DNA from: Candidatus Sungiibacteriota bacterium
GTDB lineage: Bacteria > Patescibacteriota > Minisyncoccia > Sungbacterales > JACQCQ01
Length of the DNA stretch: 64,000 nt
NCBI GenBank assembly: GCA_016201505.1
Contig: JACQCQ010000002.1
Span: 76,750 to 140,749, forward strand
Direction: 5' to 3'
Below, in pieces: positions 28,863 to 38,719 of the stretch; within the stretch, counting starts at the first letter, position 1; each line of letters starts with the position of its first letter. The notes beneath the pieces are model-generated. The model did not search any database, was not told the DNA's origin, and saw only the letters and a list, made by a program, of their open reading frames with translations. The position numbers and the translations under genes are program-made.

Positions 28863-29729
28863 ATGAAAGTTATCACTCACAGCGGACATTTTCAGCCGGA
28901 TGATGTATTTGCCATAGCCGCGCTTTCCTTAATGCTCGGCGATTTCGAGTTGGTTCGGTCGCGTGACCCCGAAGTTATAAAAACCGGAGACTATGTGGTT
29001 GATGTAGGTCGCGAGTATGACCCGGAGAAAAATCGGTTTGATCACCATCAAGCAGGCGGCGCGGGGACAAGAAAAAATGGCGTGTCGTATTCGTCCATTG
29101 GGCTTATCTGGAAACACTACGGTATTCAGCTTTCTGGAAGCGAAGAAGTGGCAAGTCGTATTGATGAAAAATTAATTCAGCCGCTCGATTTAAACGATAA
29201 CGGCCAGACTTTTTTTACGGCAGATGCGGTCTATCCCTATCTGGTTGATGATGCGCTATACGCGTTTCAGCCGACCTGGAAGGAGGGAGATGTTTTCGAT
29301 GAGCGTTTTGGAGAAGCGGTCGAAATTGCTAAAAAGATTTTAGCGCGCGAAATAAAAAGGACGAGAGAAGAGTTAGAAGCTCGCGAGTTAGTTGAGGCTC
29401 TCTATCAAGCAATGCCGGATAAGAAGCTCTTAGTCATGGATCAGAATTATCCGGCGGGAGATTTGTTTGAAACGCATCCGGAAATTTTATTTACGGTAAA
29501 ACCCGATGCCACAAATGCGACTTGGAAAGTTACGGCAGTGCGTGAAAATAAACACGACTTTAAAAACCGAAAGGATCTGCCGGCTGCGTGGGCCGGAAAG
29601 ACTGATCAAGATTTGCAGGAACTCACCGGTGTCGCTGACGCCACCTTTTGTCATAATGCCCGGTTTGTTGCCGCAGCAAAATCAAAAGAAGGCGCAATAA
29701 CGCTTGCAAAACTAGCACTCGAGTCTTGA
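28863..29729 (+). CDS. MYG1 family (DHH-like) hydrolase
   Basis: THSGHFQPDDVFA, VVDVG, FDHHQ and FCHNARF. Confidence 0.9.
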   Translation: MKVITHSGHFQPDDVFAIAALSLMLGDFELVRSRDPEVIKTGDYVVDVGREYDPEKNRFDHHQAGGAGTRKNGVSYSSIGLIWKHYGIQLSGSEEVASRIDEKLIQPLDLNDNGQTFFTADAVYPYLVDDALYAFQPTWKEGDVFDERFGEAVEIAKKILAREIKRTREELEARELVEALYQAMPDKKLLVMDQNYPAGDLFETHPEILFTVKPDATNATWKVTAVRENKHDFKNRKDLPAAWAGKTDQDLQELTGVADATFCHNARFVAAAKSKEGAITLAKLALES

Positions 29730-31000
29730 TGACGCATTCGGTCCTGATTATTGGCGGCGGGGGAAGAGAGCATGCACTTGCCTGTAAGTTGCAGCAATCG
29801 CCGAATGTCGAGCGCATTTTTATTTTGCCGGGGAATGCCGGAACGGGAATGATCGGCGAGAATGTGGAGATTGGTATAAAGAATCACGCTAAAATCGTTG
29901 AGTTTGTAAAAGAAAATAATATTGATTTGGTCGTTGTTGGTCCGGATGATCCATTAGCCGATAGTATGGTTGATGATCTTGAAGCGGCAGGCATAAGCAT
30001 CTTTGGCCCGACGAAAGCCGCCGCCGAGATCGAATGGTCCAAAGTATTCGCTAAAGAATTTATGCAAGCCGAAGGCATTCCGACGGCAGAGTTTCAAGTT
30101 TTTAGCGACCAAAAAGAAGCCAATGAGTATGTAAAGCGTCAAAATTTCCCGGTCGTTATTAAGGCGAGCGGCTTAGCCCGGGGAAAAGGCGTCATAATTG
30201 CAAAAAATTTATTGGAGGCAGAGAAGGCAATTCAAGATCTTATGGAGCATAAGATCTTCGGCGAGGCGGGAAAGGAAATCGTGATCGAAGAATTTTTGCG
30301 TGGGGATGAAATCTCAATTCACGTATTTTGTGATGGGAAGAATATTGCCATGTTCCCGTCCGCACAAGATCACAAGCAGATTTTCGATAACGATGAGGGG
30401 CCGAACACCGGCGGTATGGGAACGATTACACCCGTGCCCTGGGTGAATAAGACCTTGATGGACCAAATTAAACGAACAATTGTTCTTCCAACTATTCGCG
30501 GGCTTGAAAAACGCGGCAGAAAATTCGTCGGTGTTTTGTATCCTGGTCTGATGATTACAAATCATGGGCCCAAAGTAATTGAATTTAATGCGCGATTCGG
30601 AGATCCGGAGGCCCAGTCCTATATGCGGGTTTTAAAAACTGATTTATTTGAGATACTATCGGCATGCGTCGAGGCAAGACTCGATCAAATCAAGATCGAA
30701 TGGACGTACGAGTCCGCCTGCTGTGTTGTTCTCGCGTCCGGCGGCTACCCGGGAGAGTATAAAAAAGGCATTTCAATTGATGGCTTAGAAACTACCAGCT
30801 CGGATGCGATAATTTTTCATGCCGGGACTAAGATGCAAGATGGAGCAATCGTAACCAACGGCGGCCGAGTTTTGGGAGTTACGGCAACCGGTAAGGATCT
30901 ATCGTCGGCCTTAGGAAAAGCGTATGCAAGGATCAAAATGATTCGCTTTGGCGGCATGCAGTATCGGAGGGATATCGGTGCCAAATCATCTGGAAAATAA
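29729..31000 (+). CDS. purD: Phosphoribosylamine-glycine ligase
   Basis: GGGGREHAL, PGNAG, GPNTGGMG, EFNARFGDPE and TNGGRVL. Confidence 0.97.
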   Translation: MTHSVLIIGGGGREHALACKLQQSPNVERIFILPGNAGTGMIGENVEIGIKNHAKIVEFVKENNIDLVVVGPDDPLADSMVDDLEAAGISIFGPTKAAAEIEWSKVFAKEFMQAEGIPTAEFQVFSDQKEANEYVKRQNFPVVIKASGLARGKGVIIAKNLLEAEKAIQDLMEHKIFGEAGKEIVIEEFLRGDEISIHVFCDGKNIAMFPSAQDHKQIFDNDEGPNTGGMGTITPVPWVNKTLMDQIKRTIVLPTIRGLEKRGRKFVGVLYPGLMITNHGPKVIEFNARFGDPEAQSYMRVLKTDLFEILSACVEARLDQIKIEWTYESACCVVLASGGYPGEYKKGISIDGLETTSSDAIIFHAGTKMQDGAIVTNGGRVLGVTATGKDLSSALGKAYARIKMIRFGGMQYRRDIGAKSSGK

Positions 31001-31039
31001 AAATCTTGCGGATCTTTTGACTCAGTGTATTCTTCCGAT

Positions 31040-32152
31040 ATGGCACGCATTGTCCTGCATATTGATATGGATGCTTTCTTTGCTTCGGTGGAGGAGCGCT
31101 ATAATCCGCAGTTTCGCGGCCGGCCGTTAGTCGTGGGTGCTGATCCCAAGGGCGGTCAAGGGCGAGGGGTTGTTTCAACTTGTAATTATCTGGCGCGGAA
31201 GTATGGCATCAGGTCTGCCATGCCGATTTCAAAAGCTTGGAGTCTCGCCGAAGCCGCACAGCGCCGCGGCGAACCGGCAACCATTTTTGTTGAAGCCAGT
31301 TACGAAGCCTATGCAGAAATTTCGCGCCGTATCATGGATTTTTTACGAACGCAGGCGGCAGGATTTGAGTCCGGCGGGATTGATGAGGCCTATCTGGAAC
31401 TAAGAATTAAGAATAAGGAATTGGGAATTAAGGCAACTGACTGGATAGAAGCCGAAAAGCTGGCGCAAAAAATAAAGTTACATATCAAAAAAACTGAAGG
31501 GCTGACGGCCTCGGTCGGCATCGGTCCGAATAAATTAATTGCTAAAATCGCCTCCGATTTTAAAAAGCCCGATGGACTGATGGTGGTGCGACCCCCGGAA
31601 GTTATTGAATTTTTAGCCCCTCTTTCAATTCGAGTTATACCCGGTATCGGACCCAAAGCAGAAATTGACTTGAATAAAAATGGCATCAAACTGATCGGCG
31701 ACTTGCAGAAGTTATCGGAGGCCGAACTCTATGATACCTTCGGCGATTGGGGGTTGTGGCTTGCCCGAAATGCGCGGGGTGAGAGCGACAGCCCCGTATC
31801 TGATGAGGGCGAGATAAAATCCATCGGCGAGCAGGCAACCTTTGAGACCGACACGTTGAATCCGGGGGCCCTGCTTGATAGGCTAGATAAGCTTTGCTCT
31901 CACGTATTCAAGCGCTTTCGCCACTCCGAGTTTAATACCTTTCGCCAAGTTACCATTACCGTGCGGTTTTTTGATTTCATAACCCGGACGCGCTCGAAGA
32001 CTCTCCCTAAAGATGAAAACTCCAGCCTCATCTTAAAACGCGAGGTCATCCTGAGCTTTCTGCCATTCCTGGATGATCGTGAAAATCCCAAACGAAAAAG
32101 GATCCGGCTCCTCGGCGTGCGTATAGAGAAGTTCGGCCGGACGAGTAAATAA
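31040..32152 (+). CDS. dinB: DNA polymerase IV
   Basis: HIDMDAFFASVE, IDEAYL, AKIASDFKKPDG and IRLLGV. Confidence 0.95.
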   Translation: MARIVLHIDMDAFFASVEERYNPQFRGRPLVVGADPKGGQGRGVVSTCNYLARKYGIRSAMPISKAWSLAEAAQRRGEPATIFVEASYEAYAEISRRIMDFLRTQAAGFESGGIDEAYLELRIKNKELGIKATDWIEAEKLAQKIKLHIKKTEGLTASVGIGPNKLIAKIASDFKKPDGLMVVRPPEVIEFLAPLSIRVIPGIGPKAEIDLNKNGIKLIGDLQKLSEAELYDTFGDWGLWLARNARGESDSPVSDEGEIKSIGEQATFETDTLNPGALLDRLDKLCSHVFKRFRHSEFNTFRQVTITVRFFDFITRTRSKTLPKDENSSLILKREVILSFLPFLDDRENPKRKRIRLLGVRIEKFGRTSK

Positions 32153-32185
32153 TCATGAGACGCCATCCATCTTCGTCTTAAGACA

Positions 32186-32217
32186 TACCTATACCGTACT
32201 ATAGTACGGTATAGGTA
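32186..32217. repeat. Perfect 32-bp palindrome, TACCTATAC family copy 1
   Basis: TACCTATACCGTACTA|TAGTACGGTATAGGTA; relative at 48064-48099. Confidence 0.9.
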
Positions 32218-32253
32218 CTTTGCGGCCGCGATGGTTTTGCGGGCCTGAGGCCT

Positions 32254-32778
32254 ATGAAAGAAATTGAAATAAAATTCATGGTTGCTAGTTTCGATGCGAT
32301 TATCCCGAAATTAAAAAAACTCGGGGCGCGTTGCGAATGGAAAGGACTCGAGGAGAGTTATTTTTTTGATACTAGGTCAAAAACGCTTAAGTCAAAACGT
32401 CAAATGCTGCGGCTGCGCCGCTGGCAGGGGCACTCCAATTCTCTGACCTTAAAATTAGAACCCGAGAAAGACTCGGCTAAATTCAAGATCCGCGATGAAT
32501 ATCAAATTACGATTAGCGATATCAATGTCATGCGCAACATTTTAAAGTTCTTGGGATTTCGCGAGTACATGCGATACAAAAAATGTCGCGAGCATTGGAG
32601 AGTGCAAGATGCGGCAATCGAACTTGACACGGTATATAATCTCAAATTTGTCGAGATCGAAGGCTCTCGTGAGGCGATTCATAAAATGGCCGCCGAACTT
32701 GGCCTTGACTGGTCGGCTATGACGACGAAGGGCTATCTTTCAATCATTCGCGATTTGCGGAGAAAGCCAGGACGGTAA
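32254..32778 (+). CDS. CYTH domain / class IV adenylate cyclase-like protein
   Basis: EIEIK (ExExK), LRLR, LTLK and FVEIEG. Confidence 0.88.
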   Translation: MKEIEIKFMVASFDAIIPKLKKLGARCEWKGLEESYFFDTRSKTLKSKRQMLRLRRWQGHSNSLTLKLEPEKDSAKFKIRDEYQITISDINVMRNILKFLGFREYMRYKKCREHWRVQDAAIELDTVYNLKFVEIEGSREAIHKMAAELGLDWSAMTTKGYLSIIRDLRRKPGR

Positions 32779-32805
32779 TATGCTGAAGTAAAAGGGGGTG
32801 ATCCG

Positions 32806-32988
32806 ATGTTGGTTTTACTTCTCGCCATCTGGGAGTCTTTGAAGAAAACTTTCAATGGAAGCTCGACAGTCTCAACGGGTGAATCGCCCCATGATCTATC
32901 GCATGGCTGCCGGGGCATGTCGGACTGCCCCAGTATCGCCTGCGAGGGTAAGACTGAAAAGGATCCGACACCTGACGCGCGGCATTGA
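32806..32988 (+). CDS. Possible 60-aa microprotein
   Basis: SD-like AAAGGGGGTGA, hydrophobic N-terminus, hairpin at its end. Confidence 0.4.
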   Translation: MLVLLLAIWESLKKTFNGSSTVSTGESPHDLSHGCRGMSDCPSIACEGKTEKDPTPDARH

Positions 32989-33042
32989 ACCTAATGCCGC
33001 GCTTTTGATTTGAATAATTTTTTGTATTACTATCGCCGCATT

Positions 33043-35616
33043 ATGCCAACGAAAGCTATCCGCCTCCATCCCGGCAATTTAATCCCCGAGCGGTATCGGA
33101 TTAGGCTACACCCGAATTTACAAGCTTCTACTTTTAGAGGCGAGGAGACGATATATCTGGTGCTCAAAAAACTGACCAAGCGCATTACTCTGCACTCAAA
33201 AGACCTAAAGCTTTCAGGGGTTATTTTTAGGAGTAAGAATAGAGAGGTAAAAATAACGAGTGTTCAATACGACAGAGAGGGCGAGATGGCGCATCTCCGC
33301 TTCGGTGGGTTACTGCCGGCGGGCAAAGCCGAACTCAATCTTGTGTTTGCGGGGAAGTTAAACGACTCGATGCGAGGGTTTTATCGTAGTAGGTACGAAA
33401 AAAACGGCGCTGCTTTTTATATGGCCGTCTCCCAGTTTGAAGCGACCGATGCCAGGCGCGCATTTCCCTGCATTGATGAACCAAAGGCCAAAGCCATTTT
33501 TGATATCTCGCTGATTGTGGCGGACGATCACGTCGCTATCTCAAATACCTACGAGACAGAAGTCCGTCAGCACTCGCCAGGATTCAAGGTCATCAAATTT
33601 GCTCCGACGCCCATGATGTCAACCTATTTGGTTGCTTTTATTATCGGTGATCTTGAGTTTATAGAAACTAAAACTAAAGAAGGCGTCTTGGTGCGCGTAT
33701 TTACGACGCCAGGCAAAAAGCACCAGGCAAAATTTGCCCTCGATGTGGCTGCAAAGTCGCTATCCTTTTATGCAAGTTACTTCGGCATCGAGTATCCCTT
33801 GCCGGTGCTCGATATGATTGCCATTCCCGACTTTGCCGCCGGGGCCATGGAAAATTGGGGAGCCGTAACCTATCGCGAGTCGGCCATTTTAGTTGATCCC
33901 GATAACTCTTCGACGGCTAACAAACAGTGGGTGGCACTCGTGATTGCGCATGAACTGGCGCATCAGTGGTTCGGGGATCTCGTCACGATGGAGTGGTGGA
34001 CGCATTTATGGTTAAACGAGGGATTTGCTTCCTACATTGAGTTTCTGGCGGTTGATCATCTTTTTCCGCAATGGAACATCTGGAATCATTTTATCACCTA
34101 TGATTTTGAGGCGGCGCTGCAGTCGGATGCTTTAAAAAACACGCATCCGGTTGAGGTCAAGGTTCATCATCCCCACGCCATCAGCGAAATTTTTGATGCC
34201 GTCAGTTATCAAAAGGGCGCGGCCATCATCCGGATGCTGGCGGGTTACCTGGGTGCGGAAAATTTTAGACGGGGACTCAATCACTATTTAGCAAAGCACC
34301 AATACGCAAACGCCACGACCGAAGATCTCTGGCGCGCCTTCGAGCACCATTCCCAAAAACCGGTGGCGAAAATCATGGCAGGCTGGACGGGGCGTCCCGG
34401 GTATCCGCTGGTCTCGGTTTTACAAAAAGGGGCAGATCTTCGATTTCGTCAGTCGCGTTTTTTCCGCAGTGCGCTTGCTCGCAAGTCTTCAAGGGACAAA
34501 ACCATTTGGCGCATCCCGCTTTCATTTATTCAAAATGGTACGAAACCAAAGCATATTCTTCTAGAGAATAGTCAAGCAGCTCACGTGGTAGCGAAGGCGA
34601 GCGGTTGGATAAAACTGAACATAGGATCGATCGGCGTTTATCGCGTCAAATACGAACCTGAAAATCTTGATTTGTTGAAGCCGCTCGTTCGATCGAAGAA
34701 ATTAGCGCCGCGGGATCGATTTAATCTGGAAAGCGATATATTCGCGCTGGCCGAAGCCGGTGAGATTTCAGCAGCTCGCGCGCTCTCATTCGCCGAATCT
34801 TTTAAAAAAGAAACCGAGTACATGATTCTGGCCGATCTCGCAGCTAATCTCGGCCTGCTCCATCAGCTTTTCTATCACGAGCACTTTATCAACGATTTGC
34901 GCGCTTTCGGCCGGTCAATCTTTCAACCGCTAGAGAAAAAACTCGGCTGGCAGAAGAAAACAGGCGAAGGGCACGAGACAACGCTGCTGCGCAGTTTGGT
35001 CATCGCGGCGCTCGGCGTCTATCAGGATCGCGCCGCCATCCAAAAAGCCAAGAGGCTGTTTTACCATTTAGTCCAGCGAAAACAGCCGATCTATCCCGAT
35101 ATTCGCGGCGCGGTCTACGGCATGGTAGCGCGGCATGGGAGCGGGAAGGCATATACTCAATTTTTGAGAATGTATAAAGCGGCGAACCTCCAGGAAGAAA
35201 AAAATCGCATTGCGCGGGCGCTCGCCATGTTTCCTAATCCCGCATGGATTGAAAGATCACTCGAATTTGCATTTTCGAAGGGGGTCCGGCCGCAGGATAC
35301 AGCATTTTTCTTTGGGCCAGCATGTATGAATCCAGAGGGGCGAGAAATGGCCTGGAAATTCATGCAAAACCGTTGGCCGACGATCCTCGACCGCTACGGC
35401 GAGGGCGGCCATATGCTGCCTGCGTTTATAAAACCCCTAAAAGTATTTCACACCAAAGAAAAAGCGGCCGAGGTCCGCGCATTTTTCAAAACTCATAAAG
35501 CCCCAGGCGGCGAGCGGACGGTTCAACAAGTGCTGGAAGAGATTGAATCTAACGCCGATTGGCTGATGCGCGATCGAGAGGAACTGCGAAACTGGTTTCT
35601 GTCCCGGCGTGGATAA
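33043..35616 (+). CDS. M1 family aminopeptidase with ERAP1-like C-terminal domain
   Basis: ARRAFPC, GAMENWG, HELAHQW-x-NEGFA and YQKGA. Confidence 0.95.
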   Translation: MPTKAIRLHPGNLIPERYRIRLHPNLQASTFRGEETIYLVLKKLTKRITLHSKDLKLSGVIFRSKNREVKITSVQYDREGEMAHLRFGGLLPAGKAELNLVFAGKLNDSMRGFYRSRYEKNGAAFYMAVSQFEATDARRAFPCIDEPKAKAIFDISLIVADDHVAISNTYETEVRQHSPGFKVIKFAPTPMMSTYLVAFIIGDLEFIETKTKEGVLVRVFTTPGKKHQAKFALDVAAKSLSFYASYFGIEYPLPVLDMIAIPDFAAGAMENWGAVTYRESAILVDPDNSSTANKQWVALVIAHELAHQWFGDLVTMEWWTHLWLNEGFASYIEFLAVDHLFPQWNIWNHFITYDFEAALQSDALKNTHPVEVKVHHPHAISEIFDAVSYQKGAAIIRMLAGYLGAENFRRGLNHYLAKHQYANATTEDLWRAFEHHSQKPVAKIMAGWTGRPGYPLVSVLQKGADLRFRQSRFFRSALARKSSRDKTIWRIPLSFIQNGTKPKHILLENSQAAHVVAKASGWIKLNIGSIGVYRVKYEPENLDLLKPLVRSKKLAPRDRFNLESDIFALAEAGEISAARALSFAESFKKETEYMILADLAANLGLLHQLFYHEHFINDLRAFGRSIFQPLEKKLGWQKKTGEGHETTLLRSLVIAALGVYQDRAAIQKAKRLFYHLVQRKQPIYPDIRGAVYGMVARHGSGKAYTQFLRMYKAANLQEEKNRIARALAMFPNPAWIERSLEFAFSKGVRPQDTAFFFGPACMNPEGREMAWKFMQNRWPTILDRYGEGGHMLPAFIKPLKVFHTKEKAAEVRAFFKTHKAPGGERTVQQVLEEIESNADWLMRDREELRNWFLSRRG

Positions 35617-35676
35617 GTAAGTTGCCGGACTCACTAAAAAAGATACAATAGAGATATCATACCTAACACATTGGGA

Positions 35677-36285
35677 ATGAAGTCTTCACACATCGGCATC
35701 GGTATAATATTCTCTTTTCTGCTGGCTTCGCCGTTGGCGGTCATGGCCGAAGGCACGACCACCACAACCATAACCGCAAGTTCGACGCCCTATACGGTCA
35801 TGCGCCAGAATATTCGAGCCAAAATTGAAGAAAAAAAGGCTAGTTTAACCAAGAAGTTCGGCGAGGCTAAACTCCAGAGAGTTGAAAAATTAGCTGAAGC
35901 GATGTTCCGCAAGTTTGAGGCGTCCGCTCATCAGATGGAAACGTTATCAGGTAAAATCGGCAGGAAATTGAGTTCGTTTGGCTCGAAAGGCGCTGATGTC
36001 ACGGCGGCCAAAGCCCAGCTTGATACGGCGAACGGATTGATAGAAGCGGCAAAACAGAAACTTGAAGATGCAAAAAATCAGCTGACGAAGACACTCGATG
36101 CCTCGAATCCATTAGCATCGTACAAAAACGTGCAGACTCTTTTAAATGATGTGCGCGACTCTTTGAAAACCGCGCGGAAGAATCTCGATATGGTTCTGCC
36201 GCTGGTGATTCGCGGCTATAAGACCGCTTCGACCACTCCCGCAATGACCGCTTCCACAACCGCCTCAACCAGCCGATCATATTAA
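35677..36285 (+). CDS. Secreted coiled-coil hypothetical protein
   Basis: Signal-peptide-like N-terminus, Thr-rich ends, helical Lys/Ala-rich core. Confidence 0.7.
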   Translation: MKSSHIGIGIIFSFLLASPLAVMAEGTTTTTITASSTPYTVMRQNIRAKIEEKKASLTKKFGEAKLQRVEKLAEAMFRKFEASAHQMETLSGKIGRKLSSFGSKGADVTAAKAQLDTANGLIEAAKQKLEDAKNQLTKTLDASNPLASYKNVQTLLNDVRDSLKTARKNLDMVLPLVIRGYKTASTTPAMTASTTASTSRSY

Positions 36286-36293
36286 TTTTATTT

Positions 36294-36668
36294 ATGGAAC
36301 CATCGCAAAATTCAGCCTTTTCCACCCAACCATCGCCTCAACCGATGCCGCATCTGTCCATGGTACCGCCGGTCATGCCCGATGGGGCAAAGACGGCGGG
36401 ACATCATCGCTGGTATGGATATTTGCTCTTAATCCTTCTCGCTGTCGCCGTGTTTGGCGCGATCTGGGTTTGGTATGCAAATCAGGATTATTTTGATAAC
36501 GCACTGACAGATCAAATGAATCAAAGTGCCCGGTCAGCGGCCATCTTCCAAGCGGCGGCCCAGGATAAACGCATTGAGTCTTTAAACGCCGAAGTCCAAT
36601 CAGCCGATCTCGACGCGCTCGGCAGTCAGGACTCACAAGATTTGAAAGCGGAGTTGAGGAGTAAGTAG
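36294..36668 (+). CDS. Single-pass membrane hypothetical protein
   Basis: Pro-rich N-terminus and one TM helix. Confidence 0.7.
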   Translation: MEPSQNSAFSTQPSPQPMPHLSMVPPVMPDGAKTAGHHRWYGYLLLILLAVAVFGAIWVWYANQDYFDNALTDQMNQSARSAAIFQAAAQDKRIESLNAEVQSADLDALGSQDSQDLKAELRSK

Positions 36669-36720
36669 GAAATAGGTAATAGGAAATAGGTAATAGGAAA
36701 TGGGAAATAGGTCATAGGTA
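36666..36720 (+). repeat. 7-mer tandem array (AATAGGA/AATAGGT)
   Basis: AGGAAATAGGTAATAGGAAATAGGTAATAGGAAATGGGAAATAGGTCATAGG, followed by a hairpin at 36720-36745. Confidence 0.8.
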
Positions 36721-36783
36721 AAGAAGGCGCCGCGGCGCCTTCTTTAATTTGGCGAAATAGGGAATTTATAGAAAAATGGCTGT

Positions 36784-37182
36784 ATGCACCAGAAATTGCC
36801 GAAAGATGATGCCAGATACCAATGGACCAATCACGTGGTCCATAAGATGCGCCAGTATGCGTTGTCCGAAAGCCGCGTGAAGCGCGTGGTTTTAAATCCT
36901 AAGCGCATCGAGGCAGGCATTGCGCCGAAAACCATTGCCGTCATGCAGTCGGTGGGAACAATGAAAAAACCATTTGAAATTTGGGTGATGTATCAGGAAT
37001 TAGGAAATAGTAAAAAGGAAATAGGTAATAGTAAAAAGAAAACGTTTGCGGCGTTTCAAAATTTTCAGCCGGTTCGCAAACGAATTATTACCGCCTGGAG
37101 ATATCCGGGGAAATCAAAGCCGAGAGATAAGCCGCCGGTGCCGCAGGATATTCTCGATGAGCTTGTCAATGGACTTAATTAA
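36784..37182 (+). CDS. Hypothetical protein, DUF4258/BrnT-like pattern
   Basis: WTNHVVHKM, EIWVMY and IITAWRYPG; contains an in-frame 7-mer-derived insert. Confidence 0.55.
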   Translation: MHQKLPKDDARYQWTNHVVHKMRQYALSESRVKRVVLNPKRIEAGIAPKTIAVMQSVGTMKKPFEIWVMYQELGNSKKEIGNSKKKTFAAFQNFQPVRKRIITAWRYPGKSKPRDKPPVPQDILDELVNGLN

Positions 37183-37251
37183 AGAGTACGGGAACGTTGG
37201 CCTTCAAAAAATGGAGTTTACATGCTAGCCTATAGGCTGAGTTTGGAGGCT

Positions 37252-37923
37252 ATGAAACAGGCTGGCAGCATAACGGGAATTGTGGCGGCGATTATCGCGC
37301 TGGGTGTAATTTATTTCTGGCGTGCTGAAAAACAAAATAATGAAGCCGCGTCAGTCATAAATTCTCAAAGCTCTCAAACTGCGCCTTCATCAGGACAAAC
37401 TATCATTATGGCAACCATTAAAACAGCCAAAGGGGATATTAGTTTAGAATTATATCCCAAGGCCGCGCCGCATACGGTGGATAATTTTATAAAACTGGCC
37501 GAATCCGGATTTTATAACGGCATTACGTTTCATCGCGTCGTTCCCGGGTTTGTGATTCAGGCGGGAGACCCCTATTCGAAAACCGGCGACTCTCGCGTTG
37601 GGACCGGTGGACCCGGCTATGCTTTTGATGATGAAATTAATCCCAAAGCCCAAGGGTTAACGGACGGAGAGATCAAAACACTCGAAGCCCGCGGCTACAA
37701 ATTTGATTTTAATCTGCCTTCACTTCCAGTGACGGTTGGTGTCAGCGCTATGGCAAACGCCGGGCCGAATACGAACGGGTCGCAATTTTTCATCGTGACT
37801 GACAAAGATCAGCCGGCTTTAAACGGCCAATACACCGTATTTGGCAAAGTGACCGCCGGCCTGGACGTCGTTAAAAAAATAACCCAAGGCGATGCCATCG
37901 AAACCATCCGCGTCACGAAGTGA
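37252..37923 (+). CDS. Membrane-anchored cyclophilin-type peptidyl-prolyl isomerase
   Basis: FHRVVPGFVIQAGDP, AMANAGPNTNGSQFFI and YTVFGKV. Confidence 0.95.
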   Translation: MKQAGSITGIVAAIIALGVIYFWRAEKQNNEAASVINSQSSQTAPSSGQTIIMATIKTAKGDISLELYPKAAPHTVDNFIKLAESGFYNGITFHRVVPGFVIQAGDPYSKTGDSRVGTGGPGYAFDDEINPKAQGLTDGEIKTLEARGYKFDFNLPSLPVTVGVSAMANAGPNTNGSQFFIVTDKDQPALNGQYTVFGKVTAGLDVVKKITQGDAIETIRVTK

Positions 37924-38590
37924 TCGGGCTTCCCGCGGTGAGGCCAAAAAAAAGACTTGGCTTTCGCATACGGGACTCGAAGGATTTGAACGCTGCCCGC
38001 GTTGCTTTTGGCTGCAATACAACAAAAAGATCAGGCAGCCCGAAGGTATTGTCTCGCGACTGGCTAATCGGTTTGATCGATTGTTTAAAGCCTATTTTAA
38101 TGCCTATCGGCCTGAATTGCCGCCGATTATAAAGGGGAAAATTACGGGACACCTAGAGCAGCCATTCACCGAAACTTATTTTTTTCATGTGGATAATGAT
38201 TTCGGCTTCTACGGAAATTTAGATGAGTGCATTGTAGAAGAGGATGGAAGCAGGACGCCGGTCGATCACAAAACTTCAACCTCCGATCCGAGAAAAGAAA
38301 AAGCTTTAATCCCCGCCTATCAGGCGCAACTCGACAGTTATGCTTTCCTGCTCGAGCAAAACGGGAAGCCAACAAGCGGCCGCGGACATCTGATTTATTA
38401 CTATCCGGATGATAGTCTCGAGATGCACAACGGCGTGCCGCTCGCAGTTGTGATAAAAACGCTCGAAACGCATCCGGCAAATACCATACAGCGCATTCAG
38501 CGCGGCATTGAGGTTTTAAAATCTGAAATTCCCGAGCCCTCCCTAGATTGTCCTTTTTGCACCTGGAGAAAAACACTCGATCTCTTATGA
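37892..38590 (+). CDS. PD-(D/E)XK nuclease (Cas4/AddB-like)
   Basis: LSHT..CPRCF, GNLD...VDHKT, QLDSY and CPFC. Confidence 0.8.
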   Translation: MPSKPSASRSDRASRGEAKKKTWLSHTGLEGFERCPRCFWLQYNKKIRQPEGIVSRLANRFDRLFKAYFNAYRPELPPIIKGKITGHLEQPFTETYFFHVDNDFGFYGNLDECIVEEDGSRTPVDHKTSTSDPRKEKALIPAYQAQLDSYAFLLEQNGKPTSGRGHLIYYYPDDSLEMHNGVPLAVVIKTLETHPANTIQRIQRGIEVLKSEIPEPSLDCPFCTWRKTLDLL

Positions 38591-38719
38591 CCCGCTCGAG
38601 CAACCTCGAACGCTTCCGCCGTGGCAGAGCGAGCCATCAAAATAAAACTGCGCTATGAATTTCTACAGCCTACCGAGTCAACCTTTCAGCCTAACAATTC
38701 GAGGTTCTTCTCACCGGGC

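Noticed and set aside
37892-38590. cas4 as part of a CRISPR system
   Set aside because: Solo PD-(D/E)XK nuclease in a housekeeping context, with no cas1/cas2 or array.
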